Positions 9,257 to 20,028 of a stretch of DNA of 64,000 bases are shown here, piece after piece. The notes beneath the pieces were generated by a model. The model worked only from the letters and a program-made list of their open reading frames with translations. It searched no databases and was not told the origin of the DNA. The translations under genes were made by a program, and so were the position numbers. The DNA comes from an uncultured Prolixibacteraceae bacterium (GTDB lineage Bacteria > Bacteroidota > Bacteroidia > Bacteroidales > FEN-979). Where the stretch lies: assembly GCA_964473485.1 (NCBI GenBank), contig CAYYPH010000002.1:59143-123142 (forward strand). Direction: 5' to 3'. Position 1 is the stretch's first letter. Every line of letters starts with the position of its first letter.

Positions 9257-12003
9257 TTTGTCAGAAATTTGCAGATTGGTTCAACCAACTGGTCAATGTC
9301 GCCAGCCCCCAGGGTCAGCAGTATCTCCGGCCTTGTTAATGCCAGTTCGTCGAGCAAAGCCTCCTTTGTGATCAGCTTCTTTTTCGTCGTTACCAGGTCA
9401 AGCAGCATGCGGGAGGTGACCCCGGGTATCGGTTTCTCCCTTGCCGGATAGATGTCGAGCAGCCATAATTCATCCAGCATCGAAAGGCTTTGGCCGAATT
9501 CCGTTGCAAAATCCCTGGTCCGTGAAAAAAGATGCGGCTGAAAGATCCCCGTGATCCTCCTGCCCGGATAAAATTCTTTTACGGCCGATATGCAGGCACG
9601 AAGCTCTTCGGGATGATGGGCATAGTCATCGATATACAGATGATCAGCGGTGTTGACCCGGATGTCGAATCTGCGCTGCACTCCATGGTAACTGGCCAGC
9701 GCCCGGCGAAGTGCTGATTCATCCAGTCCGGCCAGTAAACATGCTGCCAGGGCTGCCACGGCATTTTCTAGGTTGAACCGGCCCGGTACCCCCAGGGTGA
9801 GATCACGGATCAGTCCGCCCGGATGCACGAAATCGAAGTGAAAATTGTTGTCCTCGATCCTGATCCCGGAAGTATGAAAATCAGTAGCACCTTCGAGGGA
9901 ATAATGGTATGCTGAATATCCCGGCAAGGTTCCGCGATTTACCGCGGTGCCGAGTTTTGCAACCAGATATCCTCCCGGTCGGATCTTTCCTGCGAAGAGT
10001 GAAAAGTTTTCCTTCAGGTCCTCGTGGTTACCATAGATATCCAGATGATCGGCATCGGTGGAGGTGATGATGGCGATGGTCGGGTTCAGTTGCAGGAAAG
10101 ACCTGTCGAATTCATCGGCCTCCACGATGCATGCCGGGGCATCGGCAAGCGGGCCCGACGATAACCTTTGAGACGCGGCAGTATGCTTTTCCATTCCTTG
10201 ACCGGGAACCATGACTCCGCTTGGTTCCTGAAGTTTGCCCGGCGATTCAACGTGAATCCCCGCCAGAAAGTTGGTGCCGTAGTTTTTGGAAATGCCTCCT
10301 AGAAATGCGAGATGATCAATGCCTGCCGAGTGGAATATGTGTGCAATGAGGGTCGAGGTAGTGGTTTTGCCGTGAGTGCCCGCAACCGCGATGGTTGGAT
10401 ATTTTGAGGATATAAGGCCGAGGACCTCCGCACGTTTCATCATGGGGACATTCCTGCCGCGAAAATGCTGGTATGCCGGGTGATCGGCCGGAACGGCCGG
10501 CGTATAAACGGCCAGGTCGATATTGTTGGGAATGTCCTGTTTGTGCTCCTCATAAACAATGCGCATGCCTTCCGCTTCCAGTTGCCGTGTGAGCGGAGTC
10601 CGGGTGCGGTCGTAACCCGAAACGACAGATCCACGAATGGCAAAATAGCGGGCAAGCGCACTCATACCTATTCCGCCAATTCCCAGGAAATAGATGTTTC
10701 CGGGAAGTTTTTCGGGGAGACCTGAACCGTGGGATCCCGGTTTTGCTGTTTGATCCGTCGGTTCCTTTGGTTCCGGAATGTCTCGACCGATCAGGGCAAG
10801 CGATAATTTTGCTATTTTGCCGGCGGCCCCGCGCCTGGCCATCGAAGAAATATTCCTGCTCAGCGTGGAACACAGTGTGGTATCATTCATGATATTCATT
10901 ATCGCCGGCCCCAGACTTGCAACAGCTTCACCGTCCCTGACCAGTATCGCAGCTTCTGCCGATACGAGCGCCATTGCATTTTTCGTTTGATGGTCCTCGG
11001 CTACATTTGGCGAAGGGACCAGTATGGCCGGCTTTCCCACCAGGCATAATTCGGCGATCGCGATGGCGCCAGCCCTCGATATGATCAGGTCGGCCGCTGC
11101 AAAGGCCAGGTCCATTCGCTCGATGAAAGGCATCACGACGAACGGAAAGGGAATCAGGGGTTTATCAATAGTCACCGCATTGGCTCCGGCAGTCACTCCA
11201 TCTGGTTCATATCTCCTTGTCCATTTGCCTGAAACTGTTTCAGCGGCATGGTCAACAGGCATGGAGGTGATACCGGATGCCCGCAGATCTTCGATAATGC
11301 TTTCGAAAAAATATTTCCCGGTTTGCCAGATCAACTGGATCGAAGGGCCGCTTAAGGTATATTTAGCGATGAATTCAAGTATGGCTTTGTTGATGGTGCC
11401 TGCCCCGAGACTCCCGCCAATGACAAGGATGGTCCTCCGTTCAGGGTGCAGTTGGAAAAAATCCAGCGCTTCCGGTTTCAGGCCTGCACTGGCAGCCACC
11501 TCTTCCCTGACGGGATTTCCTGCCAGTACGGTCTTCTCTTTCGGGAAATAGCGTTCCATGCCTTCAAAGGCGACGAAGATCTTCTGCACTTTCGGTGCCA
11601 GTATCCGGTTGGTTACCCCGGGGTACGAGTTCTGCTCCTGTATGATGGATGGTATATGGAGGGAGGTAGCCACACGAAGCACCGGACCGCTGGCGTAGCC
11701 GCCGACACCGATCACAAGGTCGGGCCTGAAATTTCTGATCACTGAGAATGCCTGTCCCATGCTCAGAACGAGCTTAAACGGGAACATCAGGTTCTTCCAG
11801 GTCAGTTTTCGCTGAAAGCCACTGATGGTAAGACCTTTGATACGAAATCCGGCTGCCGGCACACGATCCATCTCCATCCTGCCCCTGGCTCCGACAAAAA
11901 GAATGTCAATATCCGGATCTGCCGCCCTTAATGCACGGGCTATGGCAATTGCAGGAAAGACATGGCCCCCGGTGCCGCCGCCGCTGATAATCACCTTCGT
12001 CAT
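9253..12003 (-). CDS. murG/murC: single ORF fusing MurG (N-terminal ~405 aa) to MurC (C-terminal ~480 aa)
   Basis: N-terminus GGGTGGHVFPAIAIA matches MurG. After a 30-aa P/E/G linker comes IYFLGIGGIGMSALA ... GTHGKTTT ... DYAHHP, which matches MurC. No stop codon at the junction (~10696-10790). Confidence 0.9.
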   Translation of the reverse strand: MTKVIISGGGTGGHVFPAIAIARALRAADPDIDILFVGARGRMEMDRVPAAGFRIKGLTISGFQRKLTWKNLMFPFKLVLSMGQAFSVIRNFRPDLVIGVGGYASGPVLRVATSLHIPSIIQEQNSYPGVTNRILAPKVQKIFVAFEGMERYFPKEKTVLAGNPVREEVAASAGLKPEALDFFQLHPERRTILVIGGSLGAGTINKAILEFIAKYTLSGPSIQLIWQTGKYFFESIIEDLRASGITSMPVDHAAETVSGKWTRRYEPDGVTAGANAVTIDKPLIPFPFVVMPFIERMDLAFAAADLIISRAGAIAIAELCLVGKPAILVPSPNVAEDHQTKNAMALVSAEAAILVRDGEAVASLGPAIMNIMNDTTLCSTLSRNISSMARRGAAGKIAKLSLALIGRDIPEPKEPTDQTAKPGSHGSGLPEKLPGNIYFLGIGGIGMSALARYFAIRGSVVSGYDRTRTPLTRQLEAEGMRIVYEEHKQDIPNNIDLAVYTPAVPADHPAYQHFRGRNVPMMKRAEVLGLISSKYPTIAVAGTHGKTTTSTLIAHIFHSAGIDHLAFLGGISKNYGTNFLAGIHVESPGKLQEPSGVMVPGQGMEKHTAASQRLSSGPLADAPACIVEADEFDRSFLQLNPTIAIITSTDADHLDIYGNHEDLKENFSLFAGKIRPGGYLVAKLGTAVNRGTLPGYSAYHYSLEGATDFHTSGIRIEDNNFHFDFVHPGGLIRDLTLGVPGRFNLENAVAALAACLLAGLDESALRRALASYHGVQRRFDIRVNTADHLYIDDYAHHPEELRACISAVKEFYPGRRITGIFQPHLFSRTRDFATEFGQSLSMLDELWLLDIYPAREKPIPGVTSRMLLDLVTTKKKLITKEALLDELALTRPEILLTLGAGDIDQLVEPICKFLTK

Positions 12004-13211
12004 GCCGCCGCCACGGTTTGAGGGTTCCCGGTAAGGGTGGGCTCCTGCAGCACATCCACCTCCGTACCGTTACGGGTGTCTATTTCACTTACTCTGCTCA
12101 CGCTGAGGATAATGCCAAGAGAGATGCTGGTGAACCAGATCGAGGTTCCGCCCATACTTACCAGCGGAAGGGGTTGCCCCGTTACCGGGAACAGATCGAC
12201 CGCGACTGCCATGTTGATGAAAGCCTGGAAGACCAGGCTGAATCCAATGCCAATACTGAGCAGGGTGCCGAAATTGCCCTGCGAATGGCTTGCAATCCTT
12301 ATGACCCGGTAGAACAGGATCAGATAAAGAAACATGACAAATGCCCCCCCGATCACGCCGTACTCTTCGATAATGATGGCGAAGATAAAATCGGAGTAGG
12401 GGTGAGGCAGAAAGTTCCGCTGCGTGCTCTTTCCCGGCGACTTCCCGATAAGCCCGCCCTGCACGATCGCGATCTTTGCCTGGTCGATCTGGTAAGTGGC
12501 ATCGGGATCCGCCTTCTCTTTGTTAAGAAAATGGTCGACCCTGGCGATCCAGGTGGTGCCGCGGGGAAAAAAGGAGGGAAATGCCTTGGCCAGGACGAAG
12601 ATCAGGATGATGCCGGCAATGCCGAGAACCATCAGCGATAACATATACTTCATGCTGATCCTGCCGATGAACATCAGCACCATGCAGGTGACGAAAAGAA
12701 TCGCTGCCGTTGAAAAGTTAGCCGGCAGGATGAGCACTGTCACCATGATCACGGGGATGATAACCGGAAGAAATCCCTTCCTGAAATCCTTCACCAGTTC
12801 CTGTTTCTTGCTGAGAACCCTGGCAAGATACATGATCAGGAAAAGCTTTGCCACATCCGAGCTCTGAAAGGTAAGGTTGACGATGGGCAGGGTTAACCAC
12901 CGGTTTGCTTCGTTGAGGTTGGTGCCCGAAATAAGTGTCAGGATCAGTAAAGGAAACGTAAGGTACATGCCTATTTGTGAGATCCTTGAATAATAGGTGT
13001 ATTTGACCAGGTGGGTGATGTACATCAGCCCCAGGCCGAACACGAGGATCATAAAATGCTTGAACAGGTAGTATTCGGTATTGCCATGCTGCTTTTTATA
13101 GGCCAGCGTCCCGGTGGAACTGTATACAGCCAGCAATGAAAAAATGCAAAGGATGATCACCACCATCCAGATCACTTTATCTCCCTTGATTTCCTTTACC
13201 GATTTGATCAT
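12000..13211 (-). CDS. ftsW: SEDS-family peptidoglycan polymerase FtsW
   Basis: Polytopic membrane protein with the conserved PLPLVSMGGTS motif; dcw position. Confidence 0.9.
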   Translation of the reverse strand: MIKSVKEIKGDKVIWMVVIILCIFSLLAVYSSTGTLAYKKQHGNTEYYLFKHFMILVFGLGLMYITHLVKYTYYSRISQIGMYLTFPLLILTLISGTNLNEANRWLTLPIVNLTFQSSDVAKLFLIMYLARVLSKKQELVKDFRKGFLPVIIPVIMVTVLILPANFSTAAILFVTCMVLMFIGRISMKYMLSLMVLGIAGIILIFVLAKAFPSFFPRGTTWIARVDHFLNKEKADPDATYQIDQAKIAIVQGGLIGKSPGKSTQRNFLPHPYSDFIFAIIIEEYGVIGGAFVMFLYLILFYRVIRIASHSQGNFGTLLSIGIGFSLVFQAFINMAVAVDLFPVTGQPLPLVSMGGTSIWFTSISLGIILSVSRVSEIDTRNGTEVDVLQEPTLTGNPQTVAAA

Positions 13212-13222
13212 CCTGCCGGGTT

Positions 13223-13771
13223 TTAAAGGTTTTTCACGGCCTTCCGGAATGCTTTTCCGCGTTCCTCATAATTTTCAAACAGGTCGAAAGAGGCACATGC
13301 GGGTGAAAGGAGGATGATATCACCGACCTCACCCATATAATAAGCCGACTGAACCGCTCCTTCCATCGAGATCTCATCCGTCATCGGGAGCCCAAGCTCA
13401 TCAAAAGCGTCGTGGATGCGCTCGTTGTTAAGACCGAGACAGACAATCCCCTTGACCTTTCTTCTGACCAGGTTCCGGATTATGCCGTAATCGTTGCCGG
13501 CTTCCACTCCGCCCACGATCCACACTACCGGGCGGTGTGCGTTTTCAAGCGCAAACCAGGTGGAATTGATGTTCGATGATTTCGAATCGTTGATAAACTC
13601 CATACCATGAATAACTGCAACGGTTTCAAGCCGGTGTTCAACCGATTGAAAACCCGAAAAGCACTCCTGGATGAATTCTTTCCTGATTTCCCGGATCTTT
13701 GGTCCGATGGAAGCTGCCAGGGAATCGTAAAGGGTGGCGTGACCCTGTTTGGCCAGTGATTCTAATGTCAT
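13223..13771 (-). CDS. murD: MurD C-terminal fragment only (182 aa; the N-terminal Rossmann and central ATP-binding domains are absent)
   Basis: HRLE...FINDSKSSNINS...LLSPACASFDLFENYEERG is the MurD C-terminal domain. There is no GTNGKT P-loop. The ORF starts 5 nt after the mraY stop, leaving no room for the missing ~260 aa. Confidence 0.8.
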   Translation of the reverse strand: MTLESLAKQGHATLYDSLAASIGPKIREIRKEFIQECFSGFQSVEHRLETVAVIHGMEFINDSKSSNINSTWFALENAHRPVVWIVGGVEAGNDYGIIRNLVRRKVKGIVCLGLNNERIHDAFDELGLPMTDEISMEGAVQSAYYMGEVGDIILLSPACASFDLFENYEERGKAFRKAVKNL

Positions 13772-13776
13772 CGTTT

Positions 13777-15030
13777 TTACCTGAGTTTGAGTGTAACAAT
13801 ACTGAGGACTGCAAGCATGATTCCCACGATCAGAAACCGCATGACGATCTTTGATTCGTGGTAACCGAGTTTCTGGAAATGATGGTGTAGGGGCGACATC
13901 AGGAAGATTCTCCTGCCTTCGCCGTATTTTCGCTTCGTATATTTAAACCAGCTTACCTGCATTACGACCGAAAGATTTTCCACCAGGAAGATCCCGCAGA
14001 AGATCGGGATCATGATCTCTTTCCTGATCATAATGGCAAATACGGCGATGATCCCACCCAGGGCAAGACTGCCTGTATCGCCCATGAAAACCTGGGCAGG
14101 GTAACTGTTGTACCAGAGAAAACCGATACAGGCGCCCACAAAAGCCGATATATAAATGGTAAGTTCGCCCGTGTTTGGTATATACATTATATTCAGATAA
14201 TTAGCAAAGACAATGTTGCCTGAGACATAGGCCAGGACCCCTAGTGTCAATCCGATGATGGCTGATGTGCCGGTAGCAAGTCCGTCGAGCCCGTCGGTAA
14301 GATTGGCGCCATTAGAAACGGAAGTGATGATAAAGATGACGATGGGGATGAATACGAGCCAGGTCCACTTTTTGGCGCCTTCACCCATCCACGAAATCAG
14401 GGAACTGTAATCGAATTCGTTATTCTTGACAAACGGTATGGTGGTCTTGGTTGATTGAACGGGTGTCTTGGAATAAATCCTGGTCTTATCGGCGCCCGAT
14501 TCCATGTTGAATACATCCGAAGCCGGAACGAAAGCGGTTTGCCTGATCCTTTCGCGGATCACCACACTGTCGCTGAAATACATCGTGAACCCGATGATCA
14601 GCCCGATGCCTATCTGCCCCATGATCTTCACCTTGCCGGGAAGCCCTTTTTTGTCTCTTTTGAAAACCTTGATATAGTCATCGAGAAACCCGATCATCCC
14701 CAGCCAGACCGTGGCCACCAAGACCATGATGACATATATGTTGTGCAGTTTGGCGAACAGCAAAGCGGGTATAAGTATGGCCGCCAGGATGATAAGCCCA
14801 CCCATGGTCGGGGTTCCCTGTTTGTTGTCCTGTCCCTTAAGCCCCAGGTCTCTGACTGTTTCACCGACCTGCTTAGCACGGAGAAAATCGATGATCCTGC
14901 GCCCGATAATCATCGAGATGAACAACGAGGTGATCAAAGCCGCTGCCGCCCTGAACGAAATGTACTGGAACACCCCCGTTCCGGGAATGTTGAAGTTGTC
15001 GTGCAACCAGATAAACAAATAGTACAGCAT
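13777..15030 (-). CDS. mraY: phospho-N-acetylmuramoyl-pentapeptide transferase MraY
   Basis: Polytopic; [10 protein letters not shown] and [11 protein letters not shown] motifs. Confidence 0.95.
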   Translation of the reverse strand: MLYYLFIWLHDNFNIPGTGVFQYISFRAAAALITSLFISMIIGRRIIDFLRAKQVGETVRDLGLKGQDNKQGTPTMGGLIILAAILIPALLFAKLHNIYVIMVLVATVWLGMIGFLDDYIKVFKRDKKGLPGKVKIMGQIGIGLIIGFTMYFSDSVVIRERIRQTAFVPASDVFNMESGADKTRIYSKTPVQSTKTTIPFVKNNEFDYSSLISWMGEGAKKWTWLVFIPIVIFIITSVSNGANLTDGLDGLATGTSAIIGLTLGVLAYVSGNIVFANYLNIMYIPNTGELTIYISAFVGACIGFLWYNSYPAQVFMGDTGSLALGGIIAVFAIMIRKEIMIPIFCGIFLVENLSVVMQVSWFKYTKRKYGEGRRIFLMSPLHHHFQKLGYHESKIVMRFLIVGIMLAVLSIVTLKLR

Positions 15031-15040
15031 GGCGGCGGTG

Positions 15041-16525
15041 TTATGAATTGTCTGACATTAGGATTTCGCTGAGTATCTCCCTGTCGTCAAAGTGGTGCCT
15101 GACCCCTTTGATCTCCTGGTATGTTTCATGTCCCTTGCCGGCGACCAGGATAATATCACCGGTGCGGGCAATGGCACAGGCGGTTTTTATGGCCTCGCGG
15201 CGGTCGGTTATGACCAGCACCTTGTGTTTTTGCTCCGGTCCGACTCCCGCCATCATTTCCGCCAGGATCGATCCGGGCTCCTCGTTGCGCGGATTATCGG
15301 AAGTAAGGATCACACGGTTGCTCAAATGGCAGGCAATTTTCGCCATGACAGGCCGTTTGGCTGTGTCACGGTTGCCCCCGGCCCCCACTACCGTGATAAG
15401 ATTTTCCTGGTAAGTCCTCAGGCCATTGATGGTTTCCAGCACATTTTTCAGGGCATCGGGAGTGTGGGCGTAATCAACGATCGCCGTTATATTTTCCTTC
15501 GAGCGTATCGCGTTGAATCTCCCGTTCACCGGATCCAGGCTGCTTAAAACGGTTAAAACCCCGGTCGCTTCCTGGCCCAGGAGCACGGCGGTGCCGTAAA
15601 CAGCCAGCAGGTTGTAAGCGTTGAACTCGCCCACCAGGCGGAACCATACTTCACGGTTTTCGATGTTCAGCAGCAACCCCTGAAACTGGTTCTCCACGAT
15701 CCTGCATTTGAAATCGCCGGCCGATCTTACGCTGTAGATGTACCTGGAGGCCTGACAGTTCTGAACCATCACCAACCCGTTACGATCGTCCTTATTGACA
15801 AGAGCAAAGGATTGGGCCGGCAGCCGGTCGAAGAATTTCTTTTTTGCCTGCAGATAGGCATCGAATGTCTTGTGATAGTCGAGATGGTCGTGGGTAAGGT
15901 TGGTGAAAACCCCGCCAGTGAAATGCAGTCCTGCAATGCGTTCCTGATCGACCGCATGCGATGAGACCTCCATGAAGCAGAATTCACACCCTTCATCGAC
16001 CATCTGCGCAAGCAGGTTGTTGAGTTGAACCGGATCAGGGGTCGTATGGGTGGCGGTCAACTCCCTTCCATTGATCACGTTCTTAATGGTGGAGATCAGG
16101 CCGGCCGTATATCCGAGCCTGAGGAAAAGCTGGTGGAGCAGGGTAACGGTCGTCGTCTTCCCGTTGGTGCCGGTAACACCTACCAAACGTAGTTTTTGGC
16201 TTGGATTGCCGTAAAATGCCGATGCCAATACCCCCAATGCATAATGGGTGTTGACGGCCCTCAACAGCACTATGCCGGCGGGTAACCTCTCAGGCAGCCG
16301 CTCGCAAACCACTGCCACAGCTCCCTTGCCAATGGCCGTTTCAATATAATCATGACCGTCGGAAGCGGTACCCGTGACCGCCACAAACAAATCTCCCGGT
16401 TCAACGGTCCGTGAGTCGAAGCGGATGCCGTTCACCAGCGTATCAGGATCTCCCTGGATGAGGGTGATACCGGAATCGGCGATCAGTTCATGCAGCAACC
16501 TCATATCGCTTTGTTTTGTTTCCAA
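15041..16525 (-). CDS. murE: UDP-MurNAc-tripeptide synthetase MurE
   Basis: [11 protein letters not shown]-loop, DYAHTPDAL, and a DNPR motif near the C-terminus. Confidence 0.95.
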   Translation of the reverse strand: METKQSDMRLLHELIADSGITLIQGDPDTLVNGIRFDSRTVEPGDLFVAVTGTASDGHDYIETAIGKGAVAVVCERLPERLPAGIVLLRAVNTHYALGVLASAFYGNPSQKLRLVGVTGTNGKTTTVTLLHQLFLRLGYTAGLISTIKNVINGRELTATHTTPDPVQLNNLLAQMVDEGCEFCFMEVSSHAVDQERIAGLHFTGGVFTNLTHDHLDYHKTFDAYLQAKKKFFDRLPAQSFALVNKDDRNGLVMVQNCQASRYIYSVRSAGDFKCRIVENQFQGLLLNIENREVWFRLVGEFNAYNLLAVYGTAVLLGQEATGVLTVLSSLDPVNGRFNAIRSKENITAIVDYAHTPDALKNVLETINGLRTYQENLITVVGAGGNRDTAKRPVMAKIACHLSNRVILTSDNPRNEEPGSILAEMMAGVGPEQKHKVLVITDRREAIKTACAIARTGDIILVAGKGHETYQEIKGVRHHFDDREILSEILMSDNS

Positions 16526-18675
16526 GCATGCATCTCGAGTTCAATGACGACGGGTATCCCTTTCCTGACCTGTGTTCCCGGAGGAAGCGATTGCCTTACC
16601 ACCGTGCCCTTGCCTTTGACCAGTACGTTGAGTCCCATGCCTTCCAGGAGAAAAACTGCATCCTTCAGTCCCATCCCGCTTACATCGGGCATCGACCGCT
16701 TGTCGAAGGATGTCTGGCTGAGGATAATGCCATCGCCGTTCTGTTTTGGAAGGCTCCAGCCTGCTCCGCTGTTTTCAGGCGTTGCCCGCAGGCCGATCGC
16801 GGCAAAAGCCGAAACGAGATCGTCCATTTGCCCGGTGTGTGCATAGGGAAGGTGCTGCCGTGCAGTGTCTTTTGGCAGGTCGATGATGATGTCGGGCCGG
16901 ATGGCAAAAAGTTTATCCGATATCTCTCTGAAAACCGGTGCAGCTACTGCACCGCCATAATATTTGCCCTTCTTGGGATTGACGATCATGACGATGCAGG
17001 AGTATTTCGGATCGTTGGCAGGAAAATATCCTACGAATGAACCTTTGTACTGAACCTGCCTGGTCCCCTGGCGGTACCCTTTTTTGCCGGCCGCAATCTG
17101 TGCAGTACCGGTCTTCCCGGCTATTTTGTAAAATGGCGATTGTATGGATTTACCGGTTCCTTGTTCCACCACCCCTTCGAGCATGGTTCGCGCTTGCTGC
17201 AAAGCCTGCGGGGAGACGATGCGTGGGTTGATCACCACGGGATCGAACTGTTTGATGGTTTTTCCATTTCGTCGTATCTCTCTGACGAAGAGTGGTTTGA
17301 CCATCACACCGTTATTCGCAACAGCATTATATAAGGTGAGCAGATGGATCGGGGCAAGATAAAGTTCATACCCGATCGACATCCAGGGTAGCGACAATGC
17401 TGACCAGTACTTACTCCTGGTATTCTTGATGTAGGGATTGCCCTCGCCGGGAATCTGCAGGCCAAGCGGACGGTTGATACCGATCCTGTAAAGGCCGTCG
17501 ATAAATTGCTGTGGATTCGACGAATACGCCTGGTAGATCATCCTGGATGTTCCTACATTGGAGGAGTGTTCAAATACCTCATGAGCCGGGATAATGCCGA
17601 GCCCGTGATGTGAATCCTCCATTTTCCGGCCCGAATAGGTGGTGATGCCCCCGGTGCAGTTGATGGGCGTGTTCAGGTTGATCTTACCGTCATCCAGCGC
17701 AACAAGGAATGAGGCCAGCTTGAACGTTGATCCGGTTTCCTGGCTTTCGCCGATGGCATAGTTGAAGATCTCCTCGTAGGTGCCTTTTTTGGTCCGGCCC
17801 AGGTTGGCCATGGCGCGCAGGTAACCGGTCTTGACTTCCATCACCACCACACAGCCATGGTCGGCGCTGTCGGCAATCAATTCGTTGCGCAAGGCCCGCT
17901 CCGCAAGATCCTGCAGGTTTACATCCAGCGTGGTGACAATGTCATCGCCATTCCTTGGTTCCACCTGGTTTTCAGCGTCGAGCGGCATCCAGGCCTGTCC
18001 GCTGATCCTCCGCATAAGCCGCTGACCGTTTTGTCCCTGGAGGTTTTCGCTGAATGAGCCTTCGAGTCCGACGTAAACCTTCTTTTCCCCTTCGCCGCTC
18101 TCATATCCGATGATTCGCCTGGCCAGCGACCGGTAGGGGAGTTCACGCTCCCATTGGGCCACCACGATCAGCCCCCCTTTGAACTTGCCCCGGTTGAAGA
18201 TCGGGAAGGTCCGCAGCTTGTTGAGTTCCGGATAGGTTACATCACGATGGATCAGCAGGTAGCGGACACCGTTGCGCCGTCCGTCCCAAAGCATATCCTT
18301 CCACTCATGCACTGAACGGTCGCTGAACAAACCGGCAAGGCAGCGCGACAGGGAATCAACATTGTTTTTAAAGATCGCATCTGTCAATGAATCGGTAAGC
18401 ATGTCCATCCTGACTTCGAAAATCGGCACCGAAACAGCCAGCAGGCTTCCGTCATCGGCCAGGATGTTCCCCCTGATGGCTTCCATCTCGAACATCCTGA
18501 TTTCCTGCTCTTTCGACATTGTAAGATACTCCGGGCCCTCAAACTGCTGGATCATTACTGCGCGTCCGATAATGAGCAGTCCGAAAATGAGAACCCCCAG
18601 GTATACCAGGTAAACCCTGACAAGAATGTCTTTTTTAACGTCCTTTGTCATGCTGTGCCCCCGATAATTTGTCAC
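16501..18675 (-). CDS. ftsI: penicillin-binding protein 3 / FtsI with C-terminal PASTA domain
   Basis: Transpeptidase motifs STFK, SSN and KTGT. The C-terminal MPDVSGMGLKDAVFLLEGMGLNV... is PASTA-like. The start is probably the internal M at 18651. Confidence 0.9.
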   Translation of the reverse strand: MTNYRGHSMTKDVKKDILVRVYLVYLGVLIFGLLIIGRAVMIQQFEGPEYLTMSKEQEIRMFEMEAIRGNILADDGSLLAVSVPIFEVRMDMLTDSLTDAIFKNNVDSLSRCLAGLFSDRSVHEWKDMLWDGRRNGVRYLLIHRDVTYPELNKLRTFPIFNRGKFKGGLIVVAQWERELPYRSLARRIIGYESGEGEKKVYVGLEGSFSENLQGQNGQRLMRRISGQAWMPLDAENQVEPRNGDDIVTTLDVNLQDLAERALRNELIADSADHGCVVVMEVKTGYLRAMANLGRTKKGTYEEIFNYAIGESQETGSTFKLASFLVALDDGKINLNTPINCTGGITTYSGRKMEDSHHGLGIIPAHEVFEHSSNVGTSRMIYQAYSSNPQQFIDGLYRIGINRPLGLQIPGEGNPYIKNTRSKYWSALSLPWMSIGYELYLAPIHLLTLYNAVANNGVMVKPLFVREIRRNGKTIKQFDPVVINPRIVSPQALQQARTMLEGVVEQGTGKSIQSPFYKIAGKTGTAQIAAGKKGYRQGTRQVQYKGSFVGYFPANDPKYSCIVMIVNPKKGKYYGGAVAAPVFREISDKLFAIRPDIIIDLPKDTARQHLPYAHTGQMDDLVSAFAAIGLRATPENSGAGWSLPKQNGDGIILSQTSFDKRSMPDVSGMGLKDAVFLLEGMGLNVLVKGKGTVVRQSLPPGTQVRKGIPVVIELEMHAWKQNKAI

Positions 18676-19135
18676 CCGAATACATGATTTTAAATGGCGG
18701 ATGCATCGATTCCTTCAGACCAATCTCGGTGGCTCTTTTTGAGATCTCCGATTGCCTGCCGAGAAACATGAGTTCCGCTTTGGCAGTGATATAGTGATAG
18801 CGTAATTCTTTCAACTGTACCTTGGTTCGTTCGATATCCTTGAATTTCCGTTCGGTGCTGTATGTGTTGCTGATATAGATCATCGCAAGAAACGCCAGGT
18901 ACAGGAAGAAAGGAATATTGCCGGTAACCCGCTCCTTCGAAAGGTATTCGCCGCCCAGGAACTCCTGGACCGCCTTGCGCCCTTTCCGGTTTTTCTTCAC
19001 CGCGGCAACCTGGCCGTTCCCCATGGTATCTTCAACCGTTCCTGTTGCCTCCGACCTGTCTGTCTGCGCGTTTTCACCGGTCGCGGCGGCCAGGTCCGGT
19101 TGTTCTTCGAACTTAATGTTTTCCCTGAGCCTCAT
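18635..19135 (-). CDS. ftsL: FtsL-like cell division protein (Bacteroidetes type)
   Basis: Single TM helix (IPFFLYLAFLAMIYI) followed by a coiled coil (KVQLKELRYHYITAKAELM). Lies between rsmH and ftsI. Confidence 0.6.
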   Translation of the reverse strand: MRLRENIKFEEQPDLAAATGENAQTDRSEATGTVEDTMGNGQVAAVKKNRKGRKAVQEFLGGEYLSKERVTGNIPFFLYLAFLAMIYISNTYSTERKFKDIERTKVQLKELRYHYITAKAELMFLGRQSEISKRATEIGLKESMHPPFKIMYSGDKLSGAQHDKGR

Positions 19136-20028
19136 ATTTTTTCCGCAATTCTCATCCTGGCGCTACGGGCCCGGTTGTTAATTTCAATTTCGCCGTCGGC
19201 CGGCACGATCGCTTTACGGTTGATCACATTCAACGGAACCTTTTCATTTCCGTAAAAGTCCTTTTCTATGATCCCGTCAAAGTTTCCGGATCTGAAATAG
19301 TTTTTGACAATTCTGTCTTCGATGGAATGATAGGAGATCACTACCAGCCTTCCGCCGCTTTTCAACGACCGTGTGGCATTGATCAGAAATTCCGTCAGTG
19401 ACTCCTCTTCCTGGTTCACTTCCATCCTCAATGCCTGGAATACCTGTGCCAGGTATTTGTTTTCCTTGCCCTTTTCGGCAAAGGGACGGATGACTTCAAC
19501 AAGCCTCGCTGTGGACTCGATCTGCTCTCTCTTTCGTGTTGAGACAATGGCGGCGGCAAGCCTCCGGGAATTCCAGATTTCTCCTTTCTGAAAAAAAAGA
19601 TCGGCCAGTTGGACTTCCGTATAATGGTTGATGATCGCCGAAGCCTTGCTCCCTTTGCGGCGGTCCATTCGCATATCGAGATCACCGTCGTATCGTGTTG
19701 AAAATCCGCGCGAAGGCTGGTCTATCTGGTGCGAAGAAATGCCAAGATCGGCCAGGATGCCATCCACCGAAAAGGCCTTGTGCAATCGCAGGAAGTTCCT
19801 GATAAAGCGGAAATTGCTGTTGACAATGGTCAGCCTTGGATCGTCAGGCCTGTTTTGCAATGCATCCTCATCCTGATCGAAAGCGATGACACGGCCCCCC
19901 TCTAACCGGTTCAGGATCTCACGGGTGTGGCCTCCGCCCCCGAATGTGGCATCAACATAAATTCCTCCCGGAACGATGGCGAGGGCATCAATACTTTCGG
20001 TGAGCAGAACACTTTTATGATAGGTCAT
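19132..20028 (-). CDS. rsmH: 16S rRNA (cytosine1402-N4)-methyltransferase RsmH
   Basis: HKSVLL...DATFGGGGH...DLGISS motifs. Confidence 0.95.
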   Translation of the reverse strand: MTYHKSVLLTESIDALAIVPGGIYVDATFGGGGHTREILNRLEGGRVIAFDQDEDALQNRPDDPRLTIVNSNFRFIRNFLRLHKAFSVDGILADLGISSHQIDQPSRGFSTRYDGDLDMRMDRRKGSKASAIINHYTEVQLADLFFQKGEIWNSRRLAAAIVSTRKREQIESTARLVEVIRPFAEKGKENKYLAQVFQALRMEVNQEEESLTEFLINATRSLKSGGRLVVISYHSIEDRIVKNYFRSGNFDGIIEKDFYGNEKVPLNVINRKAIVPADGEIEINNRARSARMRIAEKI

